The notes under the pieces were generated by a model. It ran no database searches. It saw only the letters and a list, made by a program, of their open reading frames with translations, and had not been told where the DNA came from. From assembly GCF_004010195.1 (NCBI RefSeq), contig NC_057750.1, positions 15,370,537 to 15,434,536 on the forward strand: a stretch of 64,000 nt of DNA, in the 5' to 3' direction. Positions 26,202 through 39,283 of this stretch are shown in pieces; the stretch's first letter is position 1; each line of letters starts with the position of its first letter. The stretch comes from Chiloscyllium plagiosum. Taxonomy: Eukaryota. The position numbers and the translations under genes are program-made.

Positions 26202-27512
26202 GGAAAAAGTGAGGACTGCAGATGCTGGAGATCAGAGCTGAAAATGTGTTGCTGGAAAAGCGCAGCAGGTCAGGCAGCATCCAAGGAGCAGGAGAATAGA
26301 CGTTTCAGGCATGAGCCCTTCTTCAGGAATGAGGAAAGTGTGCCAAGCAGGCTAAGATAAAAGGTAGAGAGGAGGGACTTGGGGGAGGGCGTTGGAAATG
26401 CGATAGGTGGAAGGAGGTTAAGGTGAGGGTGATANNNNNNNNNNNNNNNNNNNNNNNNNNNNNNNNNNNNNNNNNNNNNNNNNNNNNNNNNNNNNNNNNN
26501 NNNNNNNNNNNNNNNNNNNNNNNNNNNNNNNNNNNNNNNNNNNNNNNNNNNNNNNNNNNNNNNNNNNNNNNNNNNNNNNNNNNNNNNNNNNNNNNNNNNN
26601 NNNNNNNNNNNNNNNNNNNNNNNNNNNNNNNNNNNNNNNNNNNNNNNNNNNNNNNNNNNNNNNNNNNNNNNNNNNNNNNNNNNNNNNNNNNNNNNNNNNN
26701 NNNNNNNNNNNNNNNNNNNNNNNNNNNNNNNNNNNNNNNNNNNNNNNNNNNNNNNNNNNNNNNNNNNNNNNNNNNNNNNNNNNNNNNNGAAATATATCCC
26801 TGGTGGTGGGGTCCGTTTGGAGGTGGCGGAAATGACGACAGATGATACGATGTATATGGAGGTTGGTGGGGTGGTAGATGAGGACCAGTGGGGTTCTGTC
26901 CTGGTGGCGATTGGAGGGGCCGGGATCAAGGGCAGAGCAGCGGGAAGTGGAGGAGATGCGGTGGAGAGCATCGTCAATCACGTCTGAAATTGCGGTCTTT
27001 GAAGAAGGAGGCCATCTGGGTTGTACGGTATTGGAACTGGTCCTCCTGGGAGCAGATGCGGCAGAGACGAAGGAAATGGGAATATGGGATGGCGTTTTTA
27101 CAGGGGGCAGGGTGGGAGGAGGTGTAGTCTAGGTAGCTGTGGGAGTCAGTCGGTTTATAGTAAATGTCCGTGTTGATTCGGTCCCCCGAGATAGAAATGA
27201 AGAGGTCTAGGAAGGAGAGGGAGGAGTCTGAGACGGTCCAGATAAATTTGAGGTCGGGGTGGAAGGTGTTGGTAAAGTGGATGAACTGTTCAACCTCCTC
27301 GTGGGAGCACGAGGCAGCGCCGATACAGTCATCGATCACCTTAACCTCCTTCCACCTATCGCATTTCCAATGCCCCTCCTCCCTACCTTTATCTTAGCCT
27401 GCTTGGCACACTTTCCCTCATTCCTGAAGAAGGGCTCATGCCCAAAACGTCGATTCTCCTGCGCCTTGGATGCTGCCTGACCTGCTGCGCTTTTCCAGCA
27501 ACACATTTTCAG
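26202..27512 (-). mobile_element. Penelope-like element with RT fragment, inverted terminal arms and 14-bp TSD
   Basis: ORF 26974-27339 IDDCIG...FLDLFISI...DIYYKPTDSHSYLDYTSSHP is Penelope-type RT. TSD cttagcaccattga at 26188-26201 and 27513-27526. Confidence 0.9.
26435..26788. other. Assembly gap
   Basis: Run of N. Confidence 1.
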
Positions 27513-27959
27513 CTTAGCACCATTGATACAGACAGAGGAACATCTTCCACTCCACTTCCTGAAATTGATGACCAACCCTTTCGTGACACTTCATTTTTGG
27601 TTGCAGTTCAGCCCCATCCTCCTGCTCTTTGGGCATCTGGTGCAGAGCATTTGGGCAAACCAGAGGACCACCTCAGGAGGTCTACTCTTGAGCCTGGCCA
27701 GGCTGATTATTAACAGGTCCCAGCAGCACACTGTGAAGGGAGGTTGTCATTTCTAGTGACTACTTACCTCTCTTCCACAGTTCGGGTTTGGAGGAGTAAA
27801 CAGGAGCACATGTCCATCAATGCTCTCGTCACTTTTAGGGAGAAGTGGATATTGCAGGGGAGAGAGGGCATCATCCAGCAGCAGTTCCCACATCCTGTGA
27901 GTGAATTTGAAAAACGTTTTCAACCAATTTGACTCATTCCATTTTATCAAGTAATGGCT

Positions 27960-28590
27960 GAAGGTGCTGGATTGTTCGAAGACTATGGGCCTTGACAACA
28001 TTCTGACAATAGTACGGGAGACTTTGCTACAGAGCTAGCCACGCCTCTAAGCAAGCTGTTCCAGGACAGTTGCAACATTACTACCTACCCAACAATGTTT
28101 ACTCACGCACGTCCAGTCCACAAAACTCAGGACAGATTCAACCCAGCCAATTACTGACAGTAAGCTTTTCAATCCTCAAAGTAATGGAAGGGATTGTCAA
28201 CAATACTATCAAGCCGTACCTGCAAAGGAATAACCTGCTGACTGACAAGTCAGTTTGGGTTCCCCAAGTCCAATAAGCTCCTGACTTGATTATAATTTTA
28301 GTCAAAACATGGACAAAAGATCTGAATTGGTGAACTTGAAGATGAGAGTGAGTGCCAAGCCTAAAAAAAGAATATCCCTTGATATTCAAAAGCATTACCA
28401 TTGCTAGATCCATCATTCAACATCCTGGGGGTTACCACTGACCAGCAATCGCACACATAAATAATGAAGACAACAGTATTGAGAAACTGAGAACTCTGCA
28501 GCAGGTAAGTTGCCTCCTCTCTCCCTGAAGTCTGTCCACCACTTACAACACACAGGTCAGGAGTATGCTGGAATACTCCCACTTGTTTCA
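27960..28590 (+). mobile_element. Decayed L2/CR1-superfamily LINE RT fragment
   Basis: SILKVMEGIVNNTIKPYLQRNNLLTD translation. Related to 59090-60610. Confidence 0.65.
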
Positions 28591-29164
28591 ATGAGTTGTT
28601 TTATGTCCATTCACACGATGAGGGTGTCTCTGGCTCGGCCAGTCTTTATTATCCATTAAGAGTTAACCACATTGCTGAGAGTCTCGAGTTACATATAGGC
28701 CAGACCAGGTAAGGATGAGAGTTTTCTTCACTTACTTCAAATGAGTTTTTTTCAATAATGGATTCATGGTCATCACTGGACTCTTAATTCCAGATTTTTA
28801 TCAAATTCAAATTTCACCATCTGCTGTGTAGGACTCGAACCCCAGTCCCCAGAACATTATCTCGTCTCTGGATAAACAGTTCAGAGAAAAACCTCTCGGG
28901 CCATTGCCTCCCCGAAGGATTCTTTTTTGAGTTCAGTTTTATGAAGCAGAAAATAGTGTCCAAAGGAACGACACATATTTCAAAATTCAATATATCCCCA
29001 AGGATCTGGTGGGGTGTGGAGAGAGCTGGCAAGTTTGATCTTAGTACAAAGTGGACACGAGCCTTCCCTTGGTAGGTTTCTACTTTTCTCACTTATTATG
29101 ATAGAATTTAACTTTGCAGCAGCACCTTTACTAGATGAGCTGATTTCAGGTCTTCCTAATCAAA

Positions 29165-29760
29165 GAAAAACATAGTAACAACACAAGAACGGGCCCTTCG
29201 GTCCACCAAGTCTGCGCTGAGACATGACACCTTTCCGAAACTAAAGTCCTTTTGCCTAACGGTGCCTATCCCTTTATTTCCTGCCTATTCATTATGTCAA
29301 AATACTTCTTAAATGTTGCTGTTATATCTGCTTCTACCACCTCCTCTAGCAACAGATTCCAGACACTTACCATCCTCTGTGTAAAACATTTGCCTCTCGC
29401 ATTTCCTTTAAACGTTCCCCTTTTTACCTTAAGCCTATGTCCAGTAATTGATATTTCTACTCTCGGAAAAAGATTTGACTATCCGTTCTATCTATGCCTG
29501 TCAATTTTGTAAACCTCTATCAGGTCGCCCCTTAGCCTCCGACAGTCAAACGAAAACAACCCAAATTTGTCCAATCTCTCCTCACAACTAATACCATCCA
29601 AACCAGGCAACATTCTAGTAAATCGTTTTTAAAACCCTCTGCAAGCCTCCATAACCTTTTGATAATGTGGCAACCAGAACCATATGTTTTATTCCAAATG
29701 TGGCCTGACTAAAGTTCAGTACAGCTGCAACATTACTTGCTAATTTTTATACTCTATTTT
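29165..29760 (-). mobile_element. CR1 LINE 3' fragment
   Basis: ggcccttcggtccacc tail, tccaaatgtggcctgactaaagt (RPHLEY). Confidence 0.75.
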
Positions 29761-31050
29761 TGGATCAAAATCCAGCAGCTCCTTTCTTAATGTTGCTAAT
29801 GTATCTGCATGATTTGGACTGCAACACAGTTCACGAACAATCAGAGGGACAGCACATGTTAACCTTGCCAATGATGCCTACATCCACACAAGGAATATTA
29901 AAGCTATTGATCACTTAATTTGCATTAACATTGTTCATTCATCAGTATGTGAAGCATTGTGACTTCATAATAGCACAGAATTGTGTTGATCAGCGTCAGC
30001 CATGACAGTGAACAGATTTAAGAAACTAAACAAAATTACATCATCTCCCAGGGTTCTTGAATATGTTTCTAATACTGACATTCATACATGTCCAGGCTGG
30101 GTTTTCCATTCTCATCTGGTTACAGTGAATGTTGGAGGTCATTACGTCAAAAGTTCATGCTGCTCCATATTGTTCTTTAATTTTAGTGCCAGATAACTAG
30201 CAGTGCTATGGGTCCAGAGCATAGATCCTAAGTGTTCAACTTATCAATCTGTCCTTCAGTTCAGTGAGACTTTGCTTTGGGAACTGGCCAGAGGCCCAAA
30301 AGCACCAATGGAACAGTGTAGCCAAGGTTTCCCTCTGAATTCAACCTTTGTTGTAACTGTTCTGGAAATATTCAATAGGAACAGAATAGAGAGGGGTTTA
30401 CTGCTTATCTAACTCTACGCCGTACCTACCCTTAAGACTGTTTGATAAAAATTATGCGGAGGTATTCTAGTCTGAATTCTGCAATCAAATGTCTCATCTT
30501 TTTCCACTGCCATCAATCAAACTGATAATGATTTTAAATGTTTAAAGCAAGTCAGATAGTTCGAATGTGTGGCTTTCCACAACGAATGGGATAAAGGAGG
30601 ATAGCATCTCCAGTTGAATAATACACTGGAGAAACTCAGCAGGTCTTGCAGCATCAAAAGAGCACTGGACTGGAAGTGTTAACTCTGCCTTTCCACCATA
30701 TGTGCGGCCAGACCTCCTGAGATTTCCCAGCAATTTGTTTTTGTTTTGGATTCCCAGCATCCACAGTTCTTTGTTTTTTTTTTGCTTGGTGTTCTAAAGG
30801 AGGGTCATTGGACTCAAAACATTAATTCGGCTTTCTCTCCATAGATGTTGCCAAACCTGCTAAGTTTTTCCAGCAATTTCTGTTTGTTTCCGATTTCTGG
30901 CTTCCACAGTTATTTGGGTGTTTTTTTGAATGTATTGCATGTTTGGGCAAATTCAGACCAAGATCTCTAGGCTGAAATCATTGGGTAGTCTGGATTTGGT
31001 TTGTACCTGAGAAAGCAAGCAAATGGATCCGGAGTGCGTGAGTGAGAGCG

Positions 31051-31174
31051 TGTCAGTGTAGTTGCGGAAGATGGATTGTTCCACATACCCTACGAAGAGG
31101 CAGGCGTAGCTGGGGCCCATGCGGGTGCCCATGGCTACTTTCCACATACCCTACGAAGAGGCAGGCGTAGCTGG
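31051..31174 (-). mobile_element. Isolated Penelope RT fragment with a 35-bp internal duplication
   Basis: VAMGTRMGPSYACLFVGYVEQSIFRNY. Direct repeat at 31079-31113 and 31140-31174. Confidence 0.8.
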
Positions 31175-31279
31175 AGAGAGAGAGTGAGTGAGTGAGTGAG
31201 AGATAGACAGACAGGTGCTGGTAGTGACTTAAAGCATTTTGAAAAACGAAAACAAGGTCCACAGATGGGTAAATATGTA

Positions 31280-34200
31280 GAAATCCTCACTGAGGGTCAA
31301 CTTTATTATGACAAAGAATCGGTTAGTTAACATTGTATGCAAATTCACCCAGCAGTACAATTTTAATGCAATATAAATTAAAAAAAACATGCATATTCCA
31401 GTATTTTCCAGCAATTGTTCATATACACAACAATATAAAGATGGGGGCTTAACACTTTTTTATGGATAGCTTTGTAAACAATGTGTGCTTGAATGTATTT
31501 GGACCTGGTAGGTAAGACCTCAACCTTACTTACAAAGGGTAGGGCTCTCTATTTGTGGGGAGTTATGGTTAAATCTAAGAGACAGCAGGACAATCAGGCA
31601 CAGACAGCTGGCCTGGGTATGGAAATCAGTTTGGTTAATTGGTATCCCAATGTTTTATGGGGAGGACACTCAAGAGTCTAGTACTGTCAAAATCTACTGA
31701 TCAACTGGTGGAAATGTTCTGAAGGCAGTATTTGCTCTCCCTGCAGCATTTAAGAAACAGCAAAGGCTAAGTGCTCAGACCATTGGCCATGCTGTTTTGA
31801 CAGTGCTGTAACCAAGGTGAACCTCCTTTACCAGTTCTGGCCCATTTAGATGCAGCACACTGTCAGCTAGGTGCTGTACAAAGGCACACTCTCTCTGAAC
31901 AGCAGTAAAAGGTCTCTAACCTTCAACTCATACTGGCAGAATCAATGAAACTTTTCAATCTAAACATCCCTTGGACAAGACGGTGGGAACTTGAAGGAAA
32001 GCTAACACAGTGTAACAGACTAAATTAACCCTTTGAAGGTCAAGTAGAATGCCAGGCTTCTGTCTCCCTGAAAACAAGGTTTCTAAATTATTACTACAAA
32101 AGGTCTTCTGTCTTATTAATGAATAAAGTTCCTTCCTGCTGTCTGTGGCAAGAAAGAGAATAGGGAGAACTCTACTCTGATCACATTGTGTCAGAATCTC
32201 AAATATCACCAACAGAAAGCGGAGCTGCTTTTGTGCAAACCACTTCCCAACACTCTCCATTTCACACGTCACAGGGGACACACATGACAAGGTGTTTGTT
32301 TCAAACAGTAAGATGATTTGGTGGTCATACAAGAATACACTGCCACCTAGTCAAGGGCAATTATGGATTAGCAACACTGGCCTTGCCAGAACTGCTCACA
32401 TCCCAATAAAACTTTTTAAAATCAACTTTGGATTTTGAATTAAAAATGGTTCACCCCAGCACAGCTTCTCTGCTGGTTAATAACTCATTTTGCAGCCTCA
32501 CCACCAGATCTGAGCCTGATAGTGGAGATAAAACCCTCACTCATAAATGTAAAAAAGTAGATAACAGAGGAAAAAAATCAGTTAAGACACATTGCAATTA
32601 AGATTCAGTATACACAGTCCCGTATAGTACAACAAATTCTTATACATAAGGCAAAGACCCCTGTAAAGAAGGTGAGGGGTCAGAAATATTTACAACGACT
32701 CAACTCAATTTTGTTCTGATAATTCAGTGCTTCCACTGGGATTATAGCGAGAAATATAGGTTTTACATTTCTTGCAGGTAGCTCTAAATCTGTTGATCTA
32801 GAAAGGATCTTTTTGAGCCAGTTAACAGATGGGTAGAGAGATCACTTGCAGCTGGTCCACACTCGAGTAAAGGCAACAATCAAACCCCTGCTTCCCCTAT
32901 ATATCCGCTTCAGGAAAATGTCTGTACATTAAAATATTTTTTAAAAACTGTAACAGCTGAGTGTTGCTTTAAGTGTGATGGCTATAACCATTGGTGTCTG
33001 AGCTATGCTGCTACGACAAGTCTTGTAGGTCCAAGAATGGATTAACTTCAAAAAACAAGACTACAAGAAACCCCAAAAGGACAGTGAGTGACCGGGCTGG
33101 TTACTCCACGTTTGTCTGTTGCTCAACATGGCCTAGCCCCTGTACTTGATCTACAGTCAGGCAGGCATTTCCTGCACAACTACACCACATGGAGAGAATG
33201 CAAGAACTGGTCCCACTTCAACAGTGCTGGACAGAGGTGCAGTAATGGATAAAAGGTACCACTGGTCTTTGTGTGTTTATAAAAACAAAAAAGGTACTTC
33301 CAGATTACTCCCAGGACAAGTGGATTGATATACTGGTCAAGTTTCAGCAGAGTATCAGCCCAAATTAAACTCCAAAAAGAAACCAAAGAGGAATGGAAAA
33401 AAAATGCAGTAAAACTAGCCTCAGGAACAGAAGGAAACTGAGAGACTGGGTGTTACGAATGGGTAAATAGTCTGAAGAATTTTGTACTTCAGACTATTTA
33501 CTTCCTACTCAGCTAAACAAGCCCTGCCCCTGCTTCAAATCAAATTCGGATTGAGAGACTTTTCTTACAATTGTTCTTTCACAAGGTTTAGACTGTGTAT
33601 GTTATCAATGAGCATTTTCACCATCACCTGAACCCACCTGGCTTCTACCTAGCTTGACCACTGCACCAGAGGGAAGGGGTGGGAAGCTCTCGAGTTTATC
33701 AGTGCACAGTGCAGTAGGGTGTCCCTACAGGGAATTTCTCTTGGGTCACAGCATATCATACAAGTTCCAAAAATGACAAATCGAGGAATAATGGAAAAGC
33801 ATTTACAATCCGTACAAAAGCCACAGGTCTCAGTGCCAGTGAAAGGCTAGTGGATTTCACAGCTGTTCAGTTCATCAGCTTTAAAAAGATTCAACAGATC
33901 CAGGAAATATCTCTGCCCTCTCCAATGTTTCTGCTCAAGTTCCATCTTGAAAAAAAGTGTTCACGAGCTGAGCATTTGCAGTGTCTGCTCTGCATTGACC
34001 CACATGGGGGAAATGTCCATAGTTCAAAGTTGAAACTCCTTCCTTCTTACTTTCACCACTGACATCAGAGGACAGGCGGAGTACTCAGAAAGGTCAACGT
34101 CACAATTTAGATGCAGCACATCAAATCCCAGAAATTACTCGTGTGGCCTCAGCTTATCTTTGTTAAGCCATTTGTATCCCATATCATCAAACCTCCCCCC

Positions 34201-34419
34201 ACCCCCAACCCATGACTAACATCCCAACTGAGTGTTGCATCCCTCCTCTGTAACCACGACAAGTTTCAGAACTTGTCGGAGGTAGTGAAGGAGGGAAAGA
34301 AGTTTCCAAAGAATAGTCCAACCCACTTCACTCCCCATGTAGGGGGGGGCTGTATGTCATCCTGAAAGCGGCAGACTTGGCCGGCTGGGAATGGAAGGCC
34401 CGCAGGCTGCTAGAATGAG
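31280..34419 (-). other. ITPKC: Putative 3'UTR of the ITPKC-like gene (~3.1 kb)
   Basis: Follows the stop codon, has no recognisable SINE/LINE (unlike its flanks) and ends at an AATAAA. Confidence 0.65.
31302..31307 (-). terminator. Polyadenylation signal AATAAA (second candidate ATTAAA at 31362-31367)
   Basis: Plus-strand tttatt. Followed on the minus strand by a GU/U-rich tract (TGTGGACCTTGTTTTCGTTTTTC, ~31263-31241). Confidence 0.65.
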
Positions 34420-34623
34420 TCACTCCTCTATCATTTGGCTGATAATGTTGATGAGGTTGTCCATCCCCCACAAGTAGCCGTCCTCTCGATTGCCTTCCAC
34501 CCAGGGCACCCTGTGGTTCAGTGTCCCATGGTCAGGTAACAGCACTGTCTTCCCAAAGTCAATCATCCAAACCTTCGCCAGCTCGGACTTGTCATGGACG
34601 AACAGGAGAGAACTTCCAACCAC
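34420..34623 (-). CDS. ITPKC: ITPKC-like last coding exon (204 bp incl. TGA): [67 protein letters not shown]
   Basis: SSLL and IDFG catalytic motifs. [16 protein letters not shown] and EDGYLWG resemble paralog C as recalled. Acceptor ttccag. Confidence 0.95.
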   Translation of the reverse strand: MVGSSLLFVHDKSELAKVWMIDFGKTVLLPDHGTLNHRVPWVEGNREDGYLWGMDNLINIISQMIEE

Positions 34624-35362
34624 CTGGAAAGAACAAAACAAAAAGACATATTTCCCTGGTCAGGAGTCAGTCAGAAGAAATACAAGGAAGAGGCCATTCA
34701 GCCTGAAAAACATTGCTGTTGAATAAAATCATGGCTTATAGTTGATCTCAACCTGTTTTTCTCAGTCTTGCCCCATTTCCCTTCATTTCCATGGTGCCCA
34801 GAAGTCTTTTGATCTCAGTCTTGAACACACTCATTGACCGAGCATTCCACAACCCTCTGGGTTAGAACATTCCAAAGATATACAACCCCCTTAAGAAACT
34901 TCGTCTCTTCAGTCTAAAATGGCAGAAGATAATTTATAAATTTGCTTTTGGGCATTCTCAGCATATAGCTGTTAATTAGTCCAAATTTATTGCCATCTAG
35001 AATGGCTTGAGAAAGCAGTGAATGACATGTCATCTTGCACTGCTACAATCTAAACCACACTTTGATATTAGGGGATGAAAGGTGAGAGAGACAAAAGAAG
35101 CCATCAGCTCAAGTGAACCCCAGAGGAGGAAGCAAGGAGGTGACTCTGAAGCACTCCATGGTTAGCCAACCCAATGACTCAAATTATTTTAATCAGCCCA
35201 GGAACCTAATAAGTGCAGAAACCATGAATATATTGAACAGTCTCCAAATCAAACTGTTGAGAAATCAAGAGTGTGTGTAGAGACTGCGCAGTCTTGTCTT
35301 AAGCAATTGTTGGAGAGCCACTCACACCCCAGCTACCAAGAGATATGGGGCAATAATGATAA

Positions 35363-35631
35363 GAACATAGAATCCCTACAGTGAAGATAGAGGCCATTTG
35401 GCCCCCTAAGTCTGCACCATCCCTCTGAAGAGCATCCCAACCCATCCCATAACCCGCATTTAACACAGCCAATCCTCCTAACCTGCACGTCTTTGGTTGT
35501 GGGAAGAAACTGGAGCACCTGGTAGGAACCACACAGATACAGGGAGAACATGCAAACACCACACAGCTAGTGTGGAATTGAACTTGGGTCCCTGGCACTG
35601 TGAGGCAGCATTGTTAACCACAGTGCCACCC
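35363..35631 (-). mobile_element. HE1-type SINE
   Basis: Reverse complement of the gggtggcactgtggttaacaatgctgcctcacagtgccaggg head. Confidence 0.8.
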
Positions 35632-35849
35632 AAATAACCTTCAAACAACAATACTTGCCAAGTCTCAAACATGGCATAAGTAAATGGGCAGAGTAACAAC
35701 AGGAAACAGAAATACAAGCAGCAACTTAATCCTAACCCCAACTCAAAGATTAGGAATGACATTGATACAAACAGATCAAATCAGGAACATTAAGTAGACA
35801 ATTAAGAGGCTCCTGGACAGCCTAATTATATAAAAAGGTACAAAATCAT

Positions 35850-36180
35850 GGGTGACACGGTGGCTGGGTGATGAACAATGTTGCCTCACAGCACCAGGGA
35901 CCTGGGTTTGATTCGGGTAACTTCTGTGTGGAGTTTGCACATCCTGCCCGTGTCTACATGGGGTTCTTCCAGGTGCTCAGTTTCCTCCCACAGTCCAAAG
36001 ATGTGCAGGTTCAGTCAACTCGCCATGCTAAATTGCCCATAGTGTTCGAGGAATGTGTTAGTTAGTGGTAAATGTAGAGTAACAGGGTAGGGGAATGGGT
36101 TTGAGTGGGATACTCTTCAGAGGGTCAGTGTGGCCTTGTTGGGCCGAAGGGCCTGTTTTCATACTGTAGGGATTCTAAGA
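35850..36180 (+). mobile_element. HE1-type SINE
   Basis: Head, core and gggccgaagggcctgtt...gtagggattcta tail. Confidence 0.8.
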
Positions 36181-36404
36181 TTCTCATTCTAAGAAATCAA
36201 TGGCAACAGCTCCATCAACACAGAACTTTGATTCTGAAAGTATCACAAACATTTAATTTTTGTTTCCTTGCCAGCTGCATCTGGGATTGCTGTACATTTT
36301 CAGCTGCAAATGTTTTTTAATGCATATATGGTTAATGTAGCAAACAGGGATGTTAGTTCACAGTGGTCTGTACGCTGAGTGGGTAGACAGGCAACATGCA
36401 TTAC

Positions 36405-36476
36405 CTCATGTGTGTTGAAGAACTCAGAGCCCTCCAGAGCTGCCCTCAATTCCTTCAACCGCGTCAAATAGTTTCT
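36405..36476 (-). CDS. ITPKC: ITPKC-like exon 6 (72 bp): RNYLTRLKELRAALEGSEFFNTHE
   Basis: Matches LE-S-FF-THE of IP3 3-kinases. Acceptor gttgcag, donor GTAATG. Confidence 0.93.
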
Positions 36477-37214
36477 CTGCAACAGGACAATACAGGAATA
36501 TTAGTATCATTTACATGAACAAAGGCAGGTGAGGAATGTGGAAGGGCAATTTGGGAGTCTCTGTGTATTGGTGGTGAATGTGCGTGAAATAGAGGAGGAA
36601 CTGTCCAATCTCAGGCAGAGAAATGAGGGAGAAATCTGTGAACTCTGACATGAAGAAAGCAGAGACCACTTGGCTCCTTTAGTTTACTCTGACATTCATG
36701 GCTGATCTGGTGTGGCCTCCACTCCTCATTCCTGGTGTCCCCATAAGCTCGGCTCATCAATCCATCAAAATAAAACTCCACCTTGAATATATTCAGGATC
36801 CCAGCCTCCACTGGAGAAAAGAATTCCAAAGACTGACAACACAGAGAAAAACAAATTTCTCCATCATAAATGGGAGACTCCTTATTTTGAATTCAAGCTC
36901 CCTAGTGGAGGTCTGATAATGCAGAGCCCTAAGCTAATGTTCTGGGGAAACGAGTTTTGAATTCCACCATGGGAGATGATGCAATCTGAATTCAAAAGAA
37001 TAAATCTGGAATTAAATGCTAGTCTAATTGTTGTTAACTTTGTCAGTTGTTGTAAAATCCTATTAGGTTAATTTGTGTCCATTAGGGAGGGAAATCTGAC
37101 ATTTTTAACCAGTTGTGTGACTTTTGGCCCACAGTAACGTGATTGACTTTTATCTGCCCGCTGAAATGGTTGAATTCACCACTCCGTTCAAAGGCAACTG
37201 GGAATGGGCAACAT

Positions 37215-37523
37215 GGGGCGGCATGGTGGCGCAGTAGTTAGCACTGCTGCCTCACAGTGCCAGAGACCTGGGTTCAATTCCTGCCTCAGGCAACTCTGTG
37301 CGGAGTTTGCACATTCTCTCCATGTCTGTGTGGGTTTCCTCCGGGTGCTCCGGTTTCCTCCCACAATCCAAAAATGTGCAGGTTAGGTGAATTGGCCATG
37401 CTAAATTGCCCGTAGTGTTAGGTGAAGGGGTAAATGTAGGGGAATGGATTACGCTTCGGCGGGTTGGTGTGGACTTGTTGGGCCGAAGGGCCTGTTTCCA
37501 CACTGTAAGTAATCTAATCTAAT
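37215..37523 (+). mobile_element. HE1-type SINE, young full-length copy
   Basis: ggggcggcatggtggcgcagtagttagcactgctgcctcacag...gggttcaattcc...taatctaat tail. Confidence 0.9.
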
Positions 37524-37876
37524 GTCAGCAATGCCAACGTCCCAGAGGGTAAAGAAAACAAAAGACACCTTTTACTTTTCTAAGTGCCATTAAGTATAGG
37601 CTCAACCTGCACAGCCCTTCCTGTAAGGCAACCCCTTCATTCCAGGAATCAGCTGAGTGAATCTTCTCTGAACTGCTTCCATTGCAAGTATACCTCTCCT
37701 CAAGGATGCCACAGCTGGATGCAGTATTATAGCCTCACTGGTACAAGCTACACTTGTAGCAAGATCTACCCTTCCTTTACGCAACATCCCTTGCAATAAA
37801 GATAAACATTCTATTTGCCTTCGAAAATGTTTGTTGCATCTGCATGCCACCCTGGTAATGGAGGATAGATAGTTAC

Positions 37877-37978
37877 CAAGATGTTTCGATTGCTGTCCAC
37901 AAAATCTTTCAGTGCTTCCATGACCTCCTCTTTGAGTCTGGTTTTCTTGAAGCTTGTGCTGCAGGAGCCATCAGCCTT
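37877..37978 (-). CDS. ITPKC: ITPKC-like exon 5 (102 bp): KADGSCSTSFKKTRLKEEVMEALKDFVDSNRNIL
   Basis: Not in the ORF track; translated by hand. Resembles recalled ITPKC KADGTCNTNFKKT...DFVDG..IL. Acceptor gcgtag, donor GTAACT, phase 0/0. Confidence 0.92.
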
Positions 37979-38264
37979 CTACGCATATGAAAGAGAAACA
38001 AAAAGCCTTTAACATGAGTGAAGGCAGATGTACAGGTTCAAGTGAAATGAATGCCAGAGTCACCATTTCTATGGAGCACGATTCCCCAAACCCTGCTGTC
38101 TCCTCTTGCCCAACTGACTTCCCCAAAAACATCTGGCTGGTTTGGGACTCTTTTACACTGAGTTCTGACTGCCACACCTTAGGAAGGGTGTATAGGCCTC
38201 AGAGAAAGTGCTGTATAGCCTCTCCACATCTATGCTTGATTGACCAGGGTTAAGTAACAAGGAG

Positions 38265-38423
38265 GCAAAAGTGAGGACTGCAGATGCTGGAGATCAGAGT
38301 CAAGATTAGAGTGGTGCTGGAAAAGCACAGCAGGTCAGGCAGCATCCGAGGAGTATGAAAATTGATTTTCCTGCTCCTCAGATGCTGCCTGACCTGCTGT
38401 GCTTTTCCAGCACCACTCTAATC
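38265..38423. mobile_element. Palindromic Penelope-derived insertion with 15-bp TSD (intron 4)
   Basis: ttaagtaacaaggag at 38250-38264 and 38424-38438; inverted arms. Confidence 0.85.
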
Positions 38424-39283
38424 TTAAGTAACAAGGAGTCATCACATCCATAGACACACATACACATGGGTGTAATTACCCAAATGATTAAAGTGATAGG
38501 AGGAAAAACTTTTACAGATAGCTCTTCTATAATACAATGGTTGCTTTAGAAACAGCGCTTAAAATGTTGGCAATATAATCGCATTACAGCCAACACACAT
38601 TTTAGAAGTTGGTACTTTAGAAAGAATGTCCCCAATTCACCAATCACATTATAACGAATTTGCCTTAACAAAATGCATGTTAAAGCGAAACGACCTGTAC
38701 ATGTACTGAGTTTTTAATATCAGGAGTGGACTGCAAGACTATGGAGCCATATTAAACGGAGGCATTCAAAAATGGACTAAATAGTTATTCACAGGGTCAT
38801 AAGGAGGAACAGCACAATGGCATCAAGTGCATTGCTCCTTCTGAGAGCCAGTTCAAACAAAATGGACTGAGATTCCAGGTTTAAGCCTTGAAATTAAAAC
38901 AGGTTAAGCAGTGAGTAGATCTAAATGTTTAAGATAATAAAGGAAATAGTATAGAGCCAGAAACTTAACTACGGTGATTAGGGAATCTTACACCATGGGA
39001 TATTGTCAAAAGATTAGAGACAGACATGTCTGGAGTGAAATTAAGGATTAATTCCATAGATAAAAGAGAGAGAGCCATCTTCTGCAATTTTACAATTCTA
39101 AGTCAATTATTAACTTTAAAATGGAGATGGATGGGGTTTTGGGACCGAAGGCATAGGCAGCTAGAGTCATGGATCAGCCATGGCAGATCTAGTTCCAGAA
39201 GGTGAGTGGTTTACTCCTTTTTCTAGCTTTCTCTGACAATGTTGATTCTTGACTGGCCCAGGCAGCCCCCCCACTCCACCTAC

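Larger units (their letters stand above)
25508..27580 (-). mobile_element. Rex1/Babar-type LINE 3' part, interrupted by a Penelope element
   Basis: (tttga)n tail at 25508-25538. Homologous in reverse to 56110-57445. Resumes at 27514. Confidence 0.75.

Noticed and set aside
1..31000. Exons of a neighbouring host gene
   Set aside because: No ORF with recognisable non-transposon homology; short exons cannot be excluded by eye.
34357..34422. Stop-codon readthrough extension after TGA-CTC
   Set aside because: The context is not the TGA-CTAG readthrough motif and there is no conservation evidence.
37215..37300. tRNA genes at SINE heads
   Set aside because: A/B boxes continue into SINE bodies; no complete cloverleaf seen.
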